From Alphaproteobacteria bacterium (GTDB lineage: Bacteria; Pseudomonadota; Alphaproteobacteria; RF32; CAG-239): a stretch of DNA of 64,000 nt. Shown one piece after another: positions 55,413 to 64,000 of the stretch (the stretch's first letter is position 1; each line of letters starts with the position of its first letter). The DNA lies in NCBI GenBank assembly GCA_045537965.1, contig JAZSQL010000003.1:3056-67055 (forward strand), written 5' to 3'. Both the position numbers and the translations under genes were made by a program. The notes under the pieces were generated by a model, which saw only the letters and a program-made list of their open reading frames with translations, did not search any database and was not told where the DNA came from.

Positions 55413-56669
55413 ATGGAGTTTCAAGAGAACTATCCAGTGGATAAACTTATACCTTATGCTCGTAATTCTCGCACACATAATGATGAGCAAGTTGCTCAAA
55501 TTGTAGCTAGTATTAAAGAGTTTGGTTTTACCAATCCTATTTTGATTGGTGGTGATGATGTCATTATAGCCGGACATGGCAGACTTTTAGCTGCCCAACG
55601 TATGGGATTAAAGGAAGTTCCGGTCATCAGATTACCTCATCTGTCCGAAACTCAGCGCCGAGCATTAGTTATTGCAGATAATAAAATAGCTCTAAATGCC
55701 GGATGGGATGAAGAAATGCTAGCTCTTGAGATGAAAGAGCTTGAGGATATGGACTTTAATCTTGATATTTTAGGCTTTTCAGATGAAGAGTTAAAAGAGC
55801 TTGAAACCTTTGGTGAGCCTGAAACAGAAGGTCAATGTGAAGAAGATGCTGTTCCTGAACCTCCTGAAGAGGCTATTACAAAACGTGGTGATATTTGGAT
55901 TTTAGGTAATCATCGTCTGATCTGTGGTGACACGACAATGTATGATGATGTAAAAAAAGTAATGCAAGATGATATCGCTACTATGATTTTTACAGATCCA
56001 CCATACAATGTAAACTATGGTTCCACGATGAAAGACAGCATTAGATATCATGCCGGTTCGCTTGGTGGTCGTAAAATTATGAATGATAACTTAGGCGATG
56101 GTTTTGCTCAGTTTTTAACTGACAGCTTGTCTAATCTCATGATGTTTTGCCAAGGTTCAGCTTATGTTTGCATGAGCTCATCCGAACTCCACACATTATA
56201 TAATGCATTTATTACAGCCGGAGGTAAATGGTCAACCTTTATTATATGGGCAAAAAACACCTTTACATTAGGCCGAGCTGATTATCAGCGCCAATATGAG
56301 CCAATTTTATATGGTTGGAATGCTGAACATAAGCATTATTGGTGTGGAGATAGAGACCAAGCTGATGTGTGGGAATATAATAAACCTATTAAAAATGACC
56401 TGCATCCGACTATGAAACCAGTTGAACTGGTTGAAAGAGCTATTACTAACAGCTCTCGATCCGGAGATGTCGTGCTAGATGGTTTTGGTGGTTCGGGTTC
56501 TACTCTTATTGCTGCTGAAAAAACTGGCAGAAAAGCTCGTCTTGTGGAGTTAGATCCTAAGTTTTGTGATGTAATTGTAAGGCGTTGGGAGGAATTTACC
56601 GGTAAGAAAGCAGAACTATTGGAAGATAATGCAGAAAGTTCGGAAAATGATGTCGAATTAACTGGATAA
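55413..56669 (+). CDS. ParB-like N-terminal domain fused to N6-adenine/N4-cytosine DNA methyltransferase
   Basis: ParB/Srx block FGFTNPILIGGDDVIIAGHGRLLAA, methylase motif IV IFTDPPYNV, and SAM motif VLDGFGGSGST. Confidence 0.9.
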   Translation: MEFQENYPVDKLIPYARNSRTHNDEQVAQIVASIKEFGFTNPILIGGDDVIIAGHGRLLAAQRMGLKEVPVIRLPHLSETQRRALVIADNKIALNAGWDEEMLALEMKELEDMDFNLDILGFSDEELKELETFGEPETEGQCEEDAVPEPPEEAITKRGDIWILGNHRLICGDTTMYDDVKKVMQDDIATMIFTDPPYNVNYGSTMKDSIRYHAGSLGGRKIMNDNLGDGFAQFLTDSLSNLMMFCQGSAYVCMSSSELHTLYNAFITAGGKWSTFIIWAKNTFTLGRADYQRQYEPILYGWNAEHKHYWCGDRDQADVWEYNKPIKNDLHPTMKPVELVERAITNSSRSGDVVLDGFGGSGSTLIAAEKTGRKARLVELDPKFCDVIVRRWEEFTGKKAELLEDNAESSENDVELTG

Positions 56670-56720
56670 ATAAAGAAATCCAAGCATTCATTGTATTGTA
56701 AAGAAACAATGGAGTTCATT

Positions 56721-57038
56721 ATGAAAACAGTTAAAACCTACTTAGTACGCAAGCCGACCGATTTAGATGAAGTCTTAAGCTTAACTCAAAAATATGGTTT
56801 TGAAGCAACTGAGGTTAAAGTGGCTGAAACCATTAAGTTAGATGAAAAAACATATCAAAGCATCTGCAATAATCCACTAGCTGATTATAATTTTTTAGCT
56901 GGTAAAGGTGGTTATGATGATAATGGGATGCGCCAAATTATCGCCTTAAGCTGCAAGGGTAAGCAAACTTTATATGCTGATCCATCAGGTTCAAGCTACT
57001 GTCGTTATTTAGGTGTTAAGGTTAACGAAAGGAGTTAA
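56721..57038 (+). CDS. Hypothetical phage protein (105 aa)
   Basis: ATG lies 6 nt after GGAG. No family recognised. Confidence 0.4.
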   Translation: MKTVKTYLVRKPTDLDEVLSLTQKYGFEATEVKVAETIKLDEKTYQSICNNPLADYNFLAGKGGYDDNGMRQIIALSCKGKQTLYADPSGSSYCRYLGVKVNERS

Positions 57039-57039
57039 G

Positions 57040-57534
57040 ATGACTGAAATTTTACCAACACAAAATAAAAACTGGGGATTTTGGGGTGTTGCATCAAGTT
57101 ATACAGATAAAGAACAGATGCCTAAAATATGGGCTGCAACATTTAAAATTATTCAAAATAGTTCTGGATTTACACCCTTAGAAACATTAGCTCTGATGGA
57201 TAGCCGATGGGGACGTCATACAGCTGACGAGTTCGCAGAAGAAATCAGTTGCGATTTAGAAACCTTTACAAAAGCTTTTTGTATGAAAATGACTAAAGAA
57301 CGTTTGTATAGAGATTTTAATTATTACATTGATCCGGATGCTTACAAGTCAACCAAGCCAACGCGCCGTTATGAGAATTTCGCAAAAGACCTTGCTAAGC
57401 TAAGCAAGACGTATGGTATTGTTATCAAATCCATTGGTGGCGTTACTTTATGTTCGCAAGAAGATTTGAAGAACTTCAAGGGATATACAACCGACTTAGA
57501 AAGCGGTGATTTAGAACCAGTTTGGGAGGCTTAA
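57040..57534 (+). CDS. Hypothetical phage protein (164 aa)
   Basis: ATG after AGGAG, 1 nt after the previous stop. No family recognised. Confidence 0.45.
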   Translation: MTEILPTQNKNWGFWGVASSYTDKEQMPKIWAATFKIIQNSSGFTPLETLALMDSRWGRHTADEFAEEISCDLETFTKAFCMKMTKERLYRDFNYYIDPDAYKSTKPTRRYENFAKDLAKLSKTYGIVIKSIGGVTLCSQEDLKNFKGYTTDLESGDLEPVWEA

Positions 57535-57535
57535 G

Positions 57536-57910
57536 ATGGAAAAGAAAGAATTACCTGAACAACAGTTAGTTAAAATAAAAACGATAGCCTCTATGTTTGA
57601 TCAGGAAAGAGCTTTTATTGATACGGCTATTTTTAGAATAAACGGAGAGTTCTATGGTTATCAACCATATGAGCAAAAATACAAAAAGAAATACGAAAGC
57701 ATTTCAAACCAAAGGTTAGATAAAATCCGAGAGCTGTTAGTTGATTTTGAAAATAAACTAAATGCTGAAAAAATTGATTTACTACTTTGTTATGTTTCAG
57801 TAGAAGAAGGTGGTGCTATCATTAATTTTGGTTCTGAAGCAGTTAAAATGAAGGATTTTGTGATGCAAGAACTTCAAGAGTTGGAGGAAAGACATGCCCA
57901 AATATCCTGA
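57536..57910 (+). CDS. Hypothetical phage protein (124 aa)
   Basis: Tightly coupled to neighbours. Coiled-coil-like, acidic C-terminus. Confidence 0.4.
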   Translation: MEKKELPEQQLVKIKTIASMFDQERAFIDTAIFRINGEFYGYQPYEQKYKKKYESISNQRLDKIRELLVDFENKLNAEKIDLLLCYVSVEEGGAIINFGSEAVKMKDFVMQELQELEERHAQIS

Positions 57911-58091
57911 TATCACAGTTAAATTAGTTGGCCAAAATGGGAATGCTTTTTGTATTTTAGGAATTTGTCTTAGGGCAATGAGAGATGCTGGTTTATCTCA
58001 AGATGAACGAGATAAATTTCACGATGAAGCAACATCAGGTGATTATAATCATCTGCTTATAACCTGTATGAGATGGTTTAACGTAGAATAA
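57894..58091 (+). CDS. Small hypothetical phage protein (65 aa)
   Basis: Overlaps the upstream ORF by 17 nt. Pattern VKLVGQNGNAFCILG...ATSGDYNHLL recurs in small phage proteins (from memory). Followed by a terminator. Confidence 0.45.
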   Translation: MPKYPDITVKLVGQNGNAFCILGICLRAMRDAGLSQDERDKFHDEATSGDYNHLLITCMRWFNVE

Positions 58092-58115
58092 ATTAAATTT
58101 TGTATTTTAAATTCA

Positions 58116-58142
58116 AAGCGTGATTTTTTTCACGCTTTTTTT
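58116..58142 (+). terminator. Rho-independent terminator
   Basis: AAGCGTGA (58116-58123) pairs with TCACGCTT (58130-58137), running into a T-run. Confidence 0.8.
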
Positions 58143-58161
58143 GTTGCGTGAAAGATAACAT

Positions 58162-59319
58162 ATGAGAGTTTTAAGTCTTTTTGACGGCATTTCTTGTGGA
58201 CGTGTCGCTTTAGAACGTGCCGGAATATCGGTTGATACATACTATGCCAGTGAAATTGATAAATATGCAATAAGTATATCTCAAAAGAATTATCCGGATA
58301 TAATTAGGCTCGGAGATATTCGAGATATAGATTTTAGTCAGTTTGTCGGAAAAATTGATTTGATTATGGGAGGAAGTCCATGCCAAGACTTATCAATAGC
58401 AAAAAAGAACCGACAAGGTCTTTCTGGAGAGCGTTCGGGTTTGTTTTGGAAATTTGTGGAAGCTATAGAGACAATAAAACCTAAGTATTTTTTGTTGGAA
58501 AATGTAGCCTCTATGAGCAAAGAAAATCGAGATATTATCACACAAACTCTTGGAGTTGAACCTATCTTGATAAATTCAGCACTTGTTTCAGCTCAACAAC
58601 GCAAACGCCTGTATTGGTGCAATTGGGAGGTTACACAGCCTGAGGATAAAGGTATTTATCTGAAAGATATTTTGGAGAAAGGTTTGGCAATGACTGACAA
58701 AAGTTATTGTTTAACTGCCAGATATGATGGAGCTCATTTTCCACATGATTTTTTCTATAAGCAACGCTCTATGATAGCTGAACCTATCGGTTGTGCATTT
58801 CGCTCTAGAAATAAGCAGAAACAATTGGAAATTAGAAAAGATAAAAAATCTAATGCTTTGACATCTGTAACATCTGATAGTTCTGTGCTCATAAATATTG
58901 CGGTAAAGGTCATCAATAAATTTAAACAAATTAAGAAAATCAATCCTGATAAGAGTGACACTCTTATTGCTGGATATTATAAAGCTCCATTTAATCAACA
59001 AACCACAGGAGTTTTAACTCCTGTCCGTTTGGGTGATATTGGGCGAGATAGCCAAGGATACCGAATTTATTCAGTACGAGGCAAATCGGTATCATTAAGT
59101 GCTAATAGCGGTGGTTTTGGTGGTAAAACAGGATTATACCGAATTGATTTGCCTGATGGTGACTATTATGTCAGAAAACTTACACCTCTAGAATGTGAGC
59201 GATTGCAGACATTATCAGATGGTTACACAACAGGTGTTAGTAACACACAACGTTATAAGGCAATTGGTAACGGATGGACGGTAGATGTTATCGCCCATAT
59301 TTTTAGGTGCTTGAAATAA
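58162..59319 (+). CDS. DNA (cytosine-5)-methyltransferase
   Basis: Motif I LSLFDGISCG, motif IV GGSPCQDLS, motif VI LLENV, QRKR, and motif X AIGNGWTV. Long variable target-recognition region. Confidence 0.9.
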   Translation: MRVLSLFDGISCGRVALERAGISVDTYYASEIDKYAISISQKNYPDIIRLGDIRDIDFSQFVGKIDLIMGGSPCQDLSIAKKNRQGLSGERSGLFWKFVEAIETIKPKYFLLENVASMSKENRDIITQTLGVEPILINSALVSAQQRKRLYWCNWEVTQPEDKGIYLKDILEKGLAMTDKSYCLTARYDGAHFPHDFFYKQRSMIAEPIGCAFRSRNKQKQLEIRKDKKSNALTSVTSDSSVLINIAVKVINKFKQIKKINPDKSDTLIAGYYKAPFNQQTTGVLTPVRLGDIGRDSQGYRIYSVRGKSVSLSANSGGFGGKTGLYRIDLPDGDYYVRKLTPLECERLQTLSDGYTTGVSNTQRYKAIGNGWTVDVIAHIFRCLK

Positions 59320-59322
59320 TAA

Positions 59323-59835
59323 ATGGAAGTTTCATTAAGAAAATATGCGAATATTCGGGGTGTTTCTTTGGCCGCAGTTCAAAAAGCTGTGAAAACCAGT
59401 CGCATCCGATTAGAGAGTTCAGGGAAGATTAATGTAGAAAAAGCTAATCGTGATTGGCGAGAAAACACTAATCCTATGCAAGCAAAACCTGTTGATGTTC
59501 AGGATGTTTCTATTTCAGTTACAGATGCTCCGCTTAAAGATACTAGAGGAGCAACATATAATCAGGCTCGTGCGGCTAATGAATTTTATCGCGCGATGTT
59601 TATGAAAGAACGGCTTAAAAAGTTTAAATCGGAGGTAGTTGATAGGCAAAAAGTTAATAATCACGTGTTCCGTCTGGCTCGAGCCACCAGAGATTTAATA
59701 GCAGGTTTTCCTTCCAGACGGGCGGCGGTTATAGCAGCAAAGCTAAAAGCCGATGAACACGAAACGTTGGTGGTATTGGAAGATGAGTTCAGAGACCTCT
59801 TGTCAGAAATCGGAGATTTTGGAAAGCCATTATGA
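59323..59835 (+). CDS. Putative terminase small subunit
   Basis: Immediately upstream of the GpA-type large terminase. N-terminal HTH-like KYANIRGVSLAAVQKAVKTSRI. Confidence 0.55.
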   Translation: MEVSLRKYANIRGVSLAAVQKAVKTSRIRLESSGKINVEKANRDWRENTNPMQAKPVDVQDVSISVTDAPLKDTRGATYNQARAANEFYRAMFMKERLKKFKSEVVDRQKVNNHVFRLARATRDLIAGFPSRRAAVIAAKLKADEHETLVVLEDEFRDLLSEIGDFGKPL

Positions 59836-59863
59836 TGGAGATGATGCGGTTGGTGAGAATTGG

Positions 59864-61726
59864 ATGCATGGATTTTATCCGGATTCTTATAAAACTGTTT
59901 CAGAATGGGCTGATGAATATAGAATACTATCTAGTAAATCGGCTTCGGAAGCTGGAAAATGGCGAACTTCAAGAACTCCTTATTTGAAGGAGATTATGGA
60001 TTGCTTATCACCACATAATCCAGTGCAGAAGGTTATTTTTATGAAAGGTGCACAAATTGGAGGAACTGAGTGTGGAAATAACTGGATTGGATACGTAATT
60101 CATCACGCGCCTGGTCCAATGTTGGCTGTATCGCCAACTGTTGAAATGGCAAAACGAAATTCTCGCCAACGTATTGATCCTTTAATTGAGGATTGTCCGG
60201 CACTTAAACAGTTGGTTTGTCCAGCTAGATCTAGAGATAGTGGAAATACGATGCTATCTAAAGATTTTCCTGGAGGAGTATTGGTATTAACAGGTGCAAA
60301 CTCTGCTGTTGGATTACGTTCTATGCCAGCTCGATATTTGTTTATGGATGAAGTTGATGGATATCCTAGAGATTTGGAAGGTGAAGGCGATCCAATTCTT
60401 TTGGCAGAAAGACGTACTGCGACATTTCAAAAGCGCAAGAAAATATTTCTGGTTTCTACGCCTACAATCAAGGGATTGTCTAACATAGAGCGAGAGTTTG
60501 AGCATTCGGATAAACGCTATTTTATGTTGCCATGTCCTTTTTGTGGAGAGTATCAAGCTCTAAAATGGGAACAAATCCGTGCAGAACCTGAGGTTATGTA
60601 TGAATGTGAGCATTGTCATGAACTGATACCTGAATATCATAAAACTCAAATGCTTGAAAAAGGTAAATGGGTTGCAACAGCGGAGAGCGATGGTTTAACA
60701 GTTGGTTTTCATTTATCATCACTTTATTCTCCTGTGGGATGGTTATCTTGGAAAGAGTGTGTTGGCATTTACAAGAGAGCGCAAGAAGATACAACATTGA
60801 TGCAAGGTTTCCAAAACACTATTTTAGGTGAGACTTATGAAGAAGAGACGGATGCTCCTGAATGGCAAAGAATTTATGAAACAAGGGAGGATTATCCAAT
60901 AGGTTCAGTACCGATGGATGGTTTATTCTTAACTGCCGGAGTTGATATTCAGAAAGACCGTATTGAATGTGAGATTGTTGCTTGGGGACGTCAAAAACAG
61001 AGTTGGTCTGTCGACTATCAAGTTTTAATGGGAGATACTGCTAAACCTGAAGTTTGGAGAAAGCTCGAAGATGTTTTAATGAAAGATTATCCGCATGCAA
61101 GCGGAATAACTCTTCCTATAAGGGTTATGTGTGTGGATAGTGGTTATGCAACACAAGATGTTTATACATTTGTAAGGCAGTTTACTCAAGCCAGTTGGGG
61201 TGGAAATGGAGCAAGAGCAAATGCGCCAAGAACTGTTGTTGCGATTAAAGGTCAGAGCCGAGATACAGCAATGATACTTTCAACATCTAAGGCTGATACA
61301 AAGAAAAAAGGCTTAAAAGTTTGGAATATATCAGGTCCTGTAATTAAAACAGAATTTTATCGTTGGCTTAAAATGGAAAGGATTGGAGATGATGCTTCAC
61401 AATTTGGTCGTTGCCATTTTCCTCAGTATTCCGAAGAATATTTCAAACAAATTACTTCTGAACATCAGGTTGTTAGAATAACCAAAGGATATCCTAAACC
61501 TGTATGGGAAAAAGATCCTACAAGACGAAATGAGGCTTTAGACTGCAGAGTATATGCTCGTGTTGGTGCTGCAATTTATGGTCTTGATCGGTTTTCAGAA
61601 AATATGTGGGTAGAACTTGAAGCTCAAATTCCTGTTGCACAAGTACAAGAAAAACAAGAATTTAAGCGCAAGAAACCTAAATTACAACAATATCAAACAA
61701 TGAGGATTGATGATCCATGGCTATGA
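59864..61726 (+). CDS. Terminase large subunit, lambda GpA family (start uncertain: 59753, 59783 or 59864)
   Basis: GpA-like N-terminus (TVSEWADEYRILSSKSASEAGKWRTSRTPYLKEIMD), Walker-like KGAQIGGTE, and a long conserved C-terminal nuclease region. Confidence 0.85.
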   Translation: MHGFYPDSYKTVSEWADEYRILSSKSASEAGKWRTSRTPYLKEIMDCLSPHNPVQKVIFMKGAQIGGTECGNNWIGYVIHHAPGPMLAVSPTVEMAKRNSRQRIDPLIEDCPALKQLVCPARSRDSGNTMLSKDFPGGVLVLTGANSAVGLRSMPARYLFMDEVDGYPRDLEGEGDPILLAERRTATFQKRKKIFLVSTPTIKGLSNIEREFEHSDKRYFMLPCPFCGEYQALKWEQIRAEPEVMYECEHCHELIPEYHKTQMLEKGKWVATAESDGLTVGFHLSSLYSPVGWLSWKECVGIYKRAQEDTTLMQGFQNTILGETYEEETDAPEWQRIYETREDYPIGSVPMDGLFLTAGVDIQKDRIECEIVAWGRQKQSWSVDYQVLMGDTAKPEVWRKLEDVLMKDYPHASGITLPIRVMCVDSGYATQDVYTFVRQFTQASWGGNGARANAPRTVVAIKGQSRDTAMILSTSKADTKKKGLKVWNISGPVIKTEFYRWLKMERIGDDASQFGRCHFPQYSEEYFKQITSEHQVVRITKGYPKPVWEKDPTRRNEALDCRVYARVGAAIYGLDRFSENMWVELEAQIPVAQVQEKQEFKRKKPKLQQYQTMRIDDPWL

Positions 61727-61944
61727 TAGATGTATTAAAACAACGATTAACGGAAGCAGAAGATGCCTACCATAAGCTGATGATTGGAGAAAAAGAAGTT
61801 AGTGTATCGGTTGGTAATTTTGGTTCAACAAGCTACAATCAGACGAACATTTCTCAATTAGAGAAGTATATTTCTGCGCTTAAAACACAAATAAATAAAG
61901 TTGAAGGTCGAGCATCAAGACGAGTTATAAAGGTAGTATTTTAA
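61717..61944 (+). CDS. Head-tail joining protein gpW family
   Basis: 75 aa with LKQRLTEAEDAYHKLMIGEKEVSV pattern. Canonical position between GpA terminase and the lambda-type portal. Confidence 0.7.
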   Translation: MAMIDVLKQRLTEAEDAYHKLMIGEKEVSVSVGNFGSTSYNQTNISQLEKYISALKTQINKVEGRASRRVIKVVF

Positions 61945-63458
61945 TGTCAGACACATCACATACATCAGCATCTGTGACAGCAAGAGAATTAGCATCATGG
62001 AAACCATCAATGGGTTCTGCCGATAATGATTTATTGCCTGAACTTTCTACAATTGTTGCTCGTTCTAGAGATTTAAGCCGTAATCATGGTGTCGCTAGCG
62101 GTGCTATTCAAACATTGAATGATAATATTGTAGGAACAGGTTTAAGGCTTTCGGCAAAACCTGACTATAAATTGTTAGGCAAAACTAAGGAATGGGAAGA
62201 AGAATGGCAAGTCAAGGTTGAAGGTCTTTGGAGATCTTGGGCGGAAACAACATTATGTGATGCATCTCAAACAATGAATTTTCATGGTTTGACTACTCTT
62301 GTGTTTAAGTCTTGCTTAGTAAATGGTGAAGCACTGGTTTTACCTTTATGGTTAAAAGATAGAAAGTTCTCAACATGTCTGCAGTTAATAGAACCTGATA
62401 GATTATCAAATCCGCAAAACACAACGGATAGTAAAAATATGCGCGGTGGTATTGAAATTGATAAGTATGGGGCTCCTGTTGCTTATAATATAAAGAAGAG
62501 CCATCCTGGAGATTATTGGATTGGTGCTGATATTGATAATTGGGAGAGAATTCCGGCATATACAGATTTTGGAAGACGTAGGGTTATTCATATTCATGAT
62601 ATTGAACGTATTGGGCAAACTCGTGGGAAACCAATTTTAACAGCAATTATGCCAATGTTTAAGATGCTTGATCATTATGAACGCTCTGAACTTCAGGCAG
62701 CAATAGTTAATGCAATGATTGCAGCGTTTATTGAAACACCAATGGATGCAGAAAACTTAAACGAAATGTTTGGTGGAAATGGTACAGATTATTTAGATGC
62801 TAAGAAAGATTGGAAAGTTAAACTTGAAGGTGGTTCTATTATTCCAATATTTCCTGGTGATAAAATTGCACCTTTTACTCCTAGCCGTCCGAATTCAGCA
62901 TACGGAAGTTTTATAGAGAATGTTCTAAGAAATATTGGAACAGGATTAAATATTCCATATGAGTTACTTTTGAAGGATTTTTCTAAAACGAATTATTCAT
63001 CTGCACGAGCAGCATTGCTTGAAGCATGGCGATTTTTTAATGGCCGCAGACAATGGCTTGCTGATAATTGGGCTACTCCTGTTTATGAGTTATGGCTTGA
63101 AGAAGTAGTAAATAAGGGACTTGTTGATGCTCCAGATTTTTATGAAAACCGCTATGCTTATACGAGGTGTAAATGGATTGGACCAGGACGTGGTTGGGTA
63201 GATCCTGTAAAAGAGGCTCAGGCTTGTCAACTTAGGATTGAAATAGGTCTATCAACCCTTGAAGCTGAATGTGCATCTCAAGGTTTGGATTGGGAAGAAG
63301 TTGTTGAACAGCGACTTCGAGAAAAAAATAAACTTAAAGAACTTGGATTAGATGGAGGTTTGAGTAATGAAGATACTCACAAAAACTATATGGGCAATAA
63401 CTCCCGAGATGATGGGAACGATGATGGAGATAGCAAATCATACAAAAAAGAGCCCTGA
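61944..63458 (+). CDS. Portal protein, lambda family
   Basis: TAATG coupling with gpW. About 500 aa with lambda-portal-like blocks (SRDLSRNHGVASGAIQTLNDNIVGTGL, GRGWVDPVKEAQA). Confidence 0.85.
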   Translation: MSDTSHTSASVTARELASWKPSMGSADNDLLPELSTIVARSRDLSRNHGVASGAIQTLNDNIVGTGLRLSAKPDYKLLGKTKEWEEEWQVKVEGLWRSWAETTLCDASQTMNFHGLTTLVFKSCLVNGEALVLPLWLKDRKFSTCLQLIEPDRLSNPQNTTDSKNMRGGIEIDKYGAPVAYNIKKSHPGDYWIGADIDNWERIPAYTDFGRRRVIHIHDIERIGQTRGKPILTAIMPMFKMLDHYERSELQAAIVNAMIAAFIETPMDAENLNEMFGGNGTDYLDAKKDWKVKLEGGSIIPIFPGDKIAPFTPSRPNSAYGSFIENVLRNIGTGLNIPYELLLKDFSKTNYSSARAALLEAWRFFNGRRQWLADNWATPVYELWLEEVVNKGLVDAPDFYENRYAYTRCKWIGPGRGWVDPVKEAQACQLRIEIGLSTLEAECASQGLDWEEVVEQRLREKNKLKELGLDGGLSNEDTHKNYMGNNSRDDGNDDGDSKSYKKEP

Positions 63459-64000
63459 AGCTGTTGCTAGAGAAATAGGAAAAGAGATGAAAAACACAAA
63501 TGCCGTTTCAGTTAGAGACGGCATTGCTGTTATTAGAGTGTCTGGTCCATTATTTAGATATGCCAATTTATTTACAAAAATATGTGGAGCAACCTCGTAT
63601 GAATTGCTCGCGCAAGATTTTAATAAAGCCTTGCAAGATATTAATATTAAAGGAATTTTATTAGATGTTGATAGTCCTGGTGGTGAGGTTAATGGCTGTT
63701 CTGAGATTGCCGATATGATATTTAATGCTAGAGGTAAAAAGCCAATTATTGCATATGCATCAGGCTATTGTTGTTCTGGAGCATATTGGATTGCATCAGC
63801 TTGCGATAAAATTTTAGCATCAGATACAGCGATATTAGGTTCTATTGGTGTGGTATCTATTTTTGAAAAAGATGATGAAAACAAGACAATTGAAATTGTT
63901 TCATCTCAAAGTCCTAATAAACGTCCTAATATTAATACAGATGAAGGTAGAGCTAAAATTCAAGCTCGTATTGATGAATTAGCAGAGGTTTTTATAGATA
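63421..64000 (+). CDS. S49-family (SppA/ClpP-like) prohead protease, 5' part; continues beyond the window
   Basis: Hand-translated frame: ..RDGIAVIRVSGPL..ILLDVDSPGGEVNG..ASGYCCSGAYWIASACDKI..ILGSIGVV.. The frame is open from 63364. Candidate ATGs are at 63367, 63409, 63421 and 63487. Confidence 0.8.
   Translation, partial: MMEIANHTKKSPEAVAREIGKEMKNTNAVSVRDGIAVIRVSGPLFRYANLFTKICGATSYELLAQDFNKALQDINIKGILLDVDSPGGEVNGCSEIADMIFNARGKKPIIAYASGYCCSGAYWIASACDKILASDTAILGSIGVVSIFEKDDENKTIEIVSSQSPNKRPNINTDEGRAKIQARIDELAEVFID

Larger units (their letters stand above)
47843..64000 (+). mobile_element. Prophage-like integrated element (left end near the tRNA; right end beyond the window)
   Basis: Abrupt switch from core genes to a recombinase, methyltransferases, terminase, gpW, portal and S49 protease. 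The left limit is approximate. Confidence 0.8.

Noticed and set aside
55368-55577. 69-aa minus-strand ORF spanning the start of the ParB-methylase gene and part of the repeat array
   Set aside because: It is antisense to a strongly supported gene start and would run into the iteron array.
1-64000. rRNA genes, CRISPR arrays, IS elements/transposases and tyrosine integrases
   Set aside because: None was seen on either strand. The only recombinase recognised is the large serine recombinase at 48713-50338.

Overview
AT-rich bacterial chromosome segment. Gene content and order look alphaproteobacterial, possibly from a reduced or endosymbiont-like genome; that attribution is inference only. Positions 1-47.8 kb are tightly packed core genes. 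They include flagellar hook-associated genes (flgK, flgL), a sugar-modification cluster, mlaA/mlaC, galE, thrS, and an overlapping lspA-to-mutL operon. Further along are corA, a clear pagP homolog, pyrG, secG, tpiA, aspS, rnd, xseB-ispA, ftsEX, plsC, rsmD, tadA and cca, plus tRNA-Ser(GCU) and tRNA-Leu(GAG). A tRNA with a CAU anticodon lies at 47730-47806. Directly downstream of it a prophage-like element begins and runs off the window end. It carries a small ORF, a DUF2924 gene and a large serine recombinase, then an antisense three-lipoprotein operon and an ECF-like sigma factor. After those come a compact MetK-like SAM synthetase, a ParB-domain DNA methyltransferase, a C5-cytosine methyltransferase and a lambda-type packaging/head module (small terminase, GpA terminase, gpW, portal, S49 protease). 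The features most worth follow-up are all inside the element. (1) A ~190-nt GC-enriched stretch packed with perfect, partly mutually exclusive helices sits between the lipoprotein operon and the sigma gene. (2) A 39-nt GGAAC-containing box occurs twice, immediately after the sigma gene and in front of the recombinase operon. (3) A perfect 12-bp hairpin buries the sigma gene's SD. (4) MetK plus two methyltransferases, with an array of GGTTGTC repeats in front of the ParB-methylase. No rRNA, CRISPR array or IS element was seen. All family assignments come from motif recognition by eye, and no searches were run.
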